DNA of 10,819 nucleotides from Bacteriovoracaceae bacterium (GTDB lineage Bacteria; Bdellovibrionota; Bacteriovoracia; Bacteriovoracales; Bacteriovoracaceae), in contig JBMYPC010000107.1 in assembly GCA_049599895.1 (NCBI GenBank), positions 1 through 10,819 of the forward strand. Direction: 5' to 3'. The notes beneath the pieces are model-generated. The model made no database searches, was not told the origin of the DNA, and worked only from the letters and a program-made list of their open reading frames with translations. A program made the translations under genes and the position numbers. Every line of letters starts with the position of its first letter. Within the stretch, counting starts at the first letter, position 1. Positions 7,843-10,819 of the stretch are shown here, in pieces.

Positions 7843-8515
7843 TGCTTTGGTTTGGTAGGTAGAGGAAACATGGTTTTGTCGATCTCAAAAAAAAGAGCCC
7901 ATTTGCGTTATTGCTAAGTGTCAGGGAACTCAGTGGCGGTGAGATTGTTTTGTCTTTTAAGGGATACTCACAACGCCCCTCGAGACTCAATTCCATCGTT
8001 TCAAAACTGAAGACGCTAAAGGTCCCTGAATGTTCAAGCTCTAAAGTGAAGTCTTTGTTGATCAAAAGAAGCTTCTCATCAATTTGAATGGTTTTTAATG
8101 AGCTCATTTGTTTTACAAAATGAAAAAACTCAGAAAGATTCATTAATTCGTGATCAAGACGAGCTCCAGTAAAGCCTCTGAACATTAAGCTCTGAAGGTT
8201 CTTTTTGTGCTTGAGAAGCTCAAGGCAAAACTTGAGGTCTGAATAGTCCTTGTTCTTTTCAAGTAGGATTTGCGTTGTGGACTGATGAAGAACCTCACGG
8301 TTAGAGTCATTATCACCGATATAGAACTTTTCGTGGGTTTGAAAAAGGTTTTGAAAATTATAGCCGCCATCAATAAAAATGATTGGCCCATGAGATTGAT
8401 CGATTGAAGCTTTGTCTGGCTTAAAAAGTGGTCCAATAACAGAGAGTTCATTATACTTATCAAGCTTTTGAAGGAATTGTTCGGACTCAGAAGAAAGTGG
8501 TTCTTTTATTTTCAT
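7814..8515 (-). CDS. thiN: Thiamine pyrophosphokinase (thiamine diphosphokinase)
   Basis: Motifs IFIDGG, IGDNDS (canonical GDFDS), KDYSDL (KDxTD), GFTGARLDH-x3-NL (GGRxDH), and C-terminal G-x2-EYPL...SLTLSN thiamine-binding beta domain. Confidence 0.85.
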   Translation of the reverse strand: MKIKEPLSSESEQFLQKLDKYNELSVIGPLFKPDKASIDQSHGPIIFIDGGYNFQNLFQTHEKFYIGDNDSNREVLHQSTTQILLEKNKDYSDLKFCLELLKHKKNLQSLMFRGFTGARLDHELMNLSEFFHFVKQMSSLKTIQIDEKLLLINKDFTLELEHSGTFSVFSFETMELSLEGRCEYPLKDKTISPPLSSLTLSNNANGLFFLRSTKPCFLYLPNQSIAQYNIRQV

Positions 8516-8535
8516 TTCGATAGACTGAAAGTGGT

Positions 8536-9150
8536 ATGACTGAAACTATAATAACATATTCTCATAATCTCGATGGCGAAAAGCTTGATTTGGTCTGGTC
8601 TCCTGAGACAGGTTTCTCACTAAACGAAGTTCAAGCTCCTGTTTATTTACTTTTAAAGAGTTTTTTTAAGCTTCAAGAATCAAGACCTTGGACTTATTGG
8701 TATGAGTTCAACCTTAAGGAAGTGGAAAGCTTTGCGCGAAGCGAAAATCACCAACCATTATTATCGTCTTCAGAGTTGGACGAGCTTGATGGTGAGCTTC
8801 GTTCATTACTTGGGACTTTTTTAGAGCTCGTGCATGCCAAACAGGTTAGTGAGTTTATTCAAAAGAAGTCTCCTGAACTCGATGATGACTATTCTTCAGG
8901 GCCTTTCGGCACCGAGCTTCAGGTCATAAAAACTCTTTCTCCCTATGAGAAGCATATAGCAGCCGCCTTAGAGCAATTTCAGTTGAGTTTTAAGTTTCTT
9001 GATGTGGATTTAGACTCAGGTTCGCTTTTTTATGGGGTAAAACCAGACTTAGAAGAGGGGCTTAAAAATCACTGGGACCGAGTTCTAGGAAGGGTCTTTT
9101 CTAAGCTATTTAAGATAAATTTTTGTTCGCCGCTTGCGAAGAAGTACTAA
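8536..9150 (+). CDS. Hypothetical protein, 204 aa, acidic, cytoplasmic
   Basis: Only long ORF filling the gap between thiN and the cytochrome c gene; globular-protein composition; no motif securely recognised. Confidence 0.75.
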   Translation: MTETIITYSHNLDGEKLDLVWSPETGFSLNEVQAPVYLLLKSFFKLQESRPWTYWYEFNLKEVESFARSENHQPLLSSSELDELDGELRSLLGTFLELVHAKQVSEFIQKKSPELDDDYSSGPFGTELQVIKTLSPYEKHIAAALEQFQLSFKFLDVDLDSGSLFYGVKPDLEEGLKNHWDRVLGRVFSKLFKINFCSPLAKKY

Positions 9151-9202
9151 TAAAGTTAAGATTTCCGAAGTAAGTGATCAATTTTATTTAAATGGAGAGT
9201 AG

Positions 9203-9514
9203 ATGAACTCTTTAGTTGCTGTTAGCAAAACGATGATTTGTTTAATTTTTCCGCTGGTTGTTTCATTAAGTGATGCCAGTGCACAAAATATTGAAAGAGG
9301 AAAAACTCTCTTTGCCTCATGTGTGGCTTGTCACGGACAAAACGGCGAGGGAACAGATAAAGCACCTAAGCTTGCTGGCCAACATGATTGGTATCTTGAA
9401 AGTTCATTTAACACTTTTAAAATCAAAGAACGTCCATCAGCTGGTGGTGCCCACGAAAAAGTTTCAGCTGCAGATGCCAAAGACATTGCTGCGTTTTTAG
9501 CAAGTCTCAAATAA
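9203..9514 (+). CDS. Monoheme class I cytochrome c (c553/c4-like)
   Basis: SD GGAG at 9194-9197. Signal peptide ending about ASA|Q. GKTLFASCVACHG (CXXCH at C40-H44), PKLAGQ-x3-YL-x6-FK-x3-R, and terminal helix DAKDIAAFLASL. Confidence 0.92.
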   Translation: MNSLVAVSKTMICLIFPLVVSLSDASAQNIERGKTLFASCVACHGQNGEGTDKAPKLAGQHDWYLESSFNTFKIKERPSAGGAHEKVSAADAKDIAAFLASLK

Positions 9515-9530
9515 ATAACTTTAGGTTGCC

Positions 9531-9986
9531 ATGAGCGAAGAAACTCAACTCATATTTGAATCCATTAACACTGAAGAGGGATTTAAAGAAATCTTTGATT
9601 ATTCAATCGATGTTTTCTCTGATTCTCCTGATTTTCAGTGGACATTAGATGGGATCAAACAAGAAGTTGCTGAAGGGTGGAGCCTAGAAGCGGTCAAAGT
9701 TGGTGTTGAGATCATTGCTGCAATCTTTTTTAAAATGGACAATAAGGTCCTTGCCACTAAAAATACTGCACTTAAGGCGACACACCAGGGCAGTGGTTAT
9801 TCTCACCTCATTAAAGAATACCTTGAACAAAAAGCCAAAAGTCTAAAGGCCAAAACAATTCTACACTATTGTGGAATTGATAACTTTAGAATGTACTCCT
9901 TAAATGAATCTCATGGTTATACTAAAACCCAAAGACGTTTTGGAAAGTCTGGTCACATCGTTGAATGGGAGAAGACGCTCAAATAA
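9531..9986 (+). CDS. GNAT-family N-acetyltransferase
   Basis: Acetyl-CoA motif A-like HQGSGYS followed by a helix, and motif B-like DNFRMYSLNESHGY. 151 aa. AGGT SD-like site at 9523-9526; starts 16 bp after the cytochrome c stop. Confidence 0.8.
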   Translation: MSEETQLIFESINTEEGFKEIFDYSIDVFSDSPDFQWTLDGIKQEVAEGWSLEAVKVGVEIIAAIFFKMDNKVLATKNTALKATHQGSGYSHLIKEYLEQKAKSLKAKTILHYCGIDNFRMYSLNESHGYTKTQRRFGKSGHIVEWEKTLK

Positions 9987-10007
9987 GCGTTTTAGAGCCT
10001 CTTTTTT
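9972..10007 (+). terminator. Weak candidate intrinsic terminator spanning the GNAT stop
   Basis: AAGACGCT(9972-9979)/AGCGTTTT(9986-9993) stem with one G-U pair; T6 run at 10002-10007, separated from the stem by 8 nt. Confidence 0.3.
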
Positions 10008-10099
10008 ATTAAAATACAAAAAAAGTACTTGATAATCTTAATACGATGAAGTCACAATAAGTACGATATCGCATTATTTTTGTTTAATTAACGGTCTTT

Positions 10100-10128
10100 T
10101 ATAATATTAAAAAAGCCTTGCACTGGAG
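10100..10128 (+). promoter_or_regulatory. Candidate -10 box and SD for the H1-like/SWIB gene
   Basis: Perfect TATAAT at 10100-10105 without a well-spaced -35; GGAG at 10125-10128, 7 nt before ATG 10136. Confidence 0.45.
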
Positions 10129-10135
10129 AGACATT

Positions 10136-10768
10136 ATGGCGAAGAAAGTGACAAAGAAAAAAGCGGCAAAGAAAACAACAAAAAAAGCAGCAAAGAAAAA
10201 AGTAGCTAAGAAAGCAACTAAGAAAAAAGCAACAAAAAAGAAAGTTGCTAAAAAAGCAACAAAGAAGAAAGCAACTAAGAAAAAAGCGGCTAAGAAAAAA
10301 GCGGCTAAGAAAACAACTAAAAAAGCCACTAAGAAGAAAGTAGCTAAGAAAGCAACAAAGAAGAAAGCTACCAAGAAAAAAGCAACCAAGAAAAAAGCAA
10401 CTAAGAAAAAAGCGGCTAAGAAAACAACTAAAAAAGCCACGAAGAAAAAAGCTGCTAAAAAAACAACAAAAAAAGCGGCTAAAAAAGTAGCTAAGAAAGC
10501 AACAAAGAAAAAAACAAAAAGAAAACCTAATGCTGCGTTTATGGCGCCTTTAACTCCATCAAGTGAACTTGCTGCAGTTGTTGGTTCAAAGCCATTACCA
10601 AGAACACAGGTTATCAAGAAGCTTTGGGACTATATTAGAAAGCATAACCTTCAAAACCCAAAGAACAGAAGAAACATCATCGCTGACGACAAACTTAAGA
10701 AAGTTTTCGGAAAAAAAGAAGTGACGATGTTTGAATTAGCAAAAATTGTTGGAAAACACTTAAGCTAA
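10136..10768 (+). CDS. SWIB/MDM2-domain protein with a long histone-H1-like Lys/Ala/Thr-rich N-terminal tail (210 aa)
   Basis: ATG 10136 preferred over TTG 10118 because of the SD. C-terminal PNAAFMAPLTPSSELAAVVG..PLPRTQVIKKLWDYIRKHNLQNPKNRRNIIADDKLKKVFG..EVTMFELAKIVGKHL is a typical bacterial SWIB domain. Residues 2-127 contain only K, A, T and V. Confidence 0.93.
   Translation: MAKKVTKKKAAKKTTKKAAKKKVAKKATKKKATKKKVAKKATKKKATKKKAAKKKAAKKTTKKATKKKVAKKATKKKATKKKATKKKATKKKAAKKTTKKATKKKAAKKTTKKAAKKVAKKATKKKTKRKPNAAFMAPLTPSSELAAVVGSKPLPRTQVIKKLWDYIRKHNLQNPKNRRNIIADDKLKKVFGKKEVTMFELAKIVGKHLS
10142..10516 (+). repeat. Coding degenerate tandem repeat: 27 units of K2-3-X-X (12/15 bp)
   Basis: Units KKKAT, KKKAA, KKKVA, KKAT, KKTT, KKAA. 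Exact 40-bp repeat at 10290-10329 and 10401-10440. AAAGTAGCTAAGAAAGCAAC at 10199, 10337 and 10484. Confidence 0.95.
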
Positions 10769-10797
10769 AAGAGCCTTGAAGATAAAGATAATTGAAT

Positions 10798-10819
10798 AAG
10801 GGGCAGAGTATAGACTCTG
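10798..10819 (+). terminator. Probable intrinsic terminator, truncated by the window end
   Basis: AAGGGG-CAGAGT(10804-10809)-ATAG-ACTCTG(10814-10819). The stem would extend if the next bases are CCCCTT. Lies about 30 bp after the SWIB gene stop. Confidence 0.65.

Noticed and set aside
8516..8700. TPP riboswitch upstream of thiN
   Set aside because: No GGG-N-CTGAGA...CCCTT-type consensus seen on the minus strand, and the region is occupied by the divergent CDS.
3345..9500. Other short alternative-frame ORFs inside tapT, ccsA, ccsB, thiN and the cytochrome gene
   Set aside because: Nested within well-supported genes with no independent coding evidence.
7088..10031. AAGTACTTG shared by the ccsB upstream region (7088) and the SWIB upstream region (10023)
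   Set aside because: The AAGTACTT core also occurs inside ccsB (5462-5469); too short and AT-rich to distinguish from chance.
10118..10135. TTG start at 10118 given by the ORF track
   Set aside because: The GGAG SD lies inside this extension, 7 nt before ATG 10136, which is the better start.
10142..10516. Repeat region as a possible CRISPR array
   Set aside because: No constant repeat with unique spacers; periodicity is codon-based (12/15 bp) inside a CDS; no cas genes.
10099..10617. 172-aa minus-strand ORF resembling a Phe-rich membrane protein
   Set aside because: It is the antisense mirror of the Lys/Ala/Thr repeat (AAA/AAG read as TTT/CTT); the plus strand encodes a clear SWIB protein.

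Overview
AT-rich, gene-dense bacterial chromosomal segment with no RNA genes, CRISPR array or mobile element visible. Gene content and style suggest Bdellovibrionota (Bacteriovoracales-like); this is an inference. Plus strand, left: a 5'-truncated hypothetical gene, a small DnaD/phage-O-like winged-helix protein, a 642-aa protein that appears to be a tandem duplication of a receiver-like + PilZ-like module, and a DTW-domain tRNA acp3U transferase. Minus strand, middle: thiamine pyrophosphokinase, a DUF1624 membrane acyltransferase-like protein, and System II cytochrome c maturation genes ccsB/resB and ccsA. Plus strand, right: a hypothetical gene, a monoheme cytochrome c with no Met in its mature chain, a GNAT acetyltransferase with an acidic N-terminus, and a protein fusing about 125 aa of histone-H1-like K-rich repeats to a SWIB/MDM2 domain. 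The best candidate for an undescribed system is the GNAT + H1-like-tail/SWIB pair, a possible bacterial chromatin writer/substrate module. All family calls come from motif recognition by eye; no searches were run.
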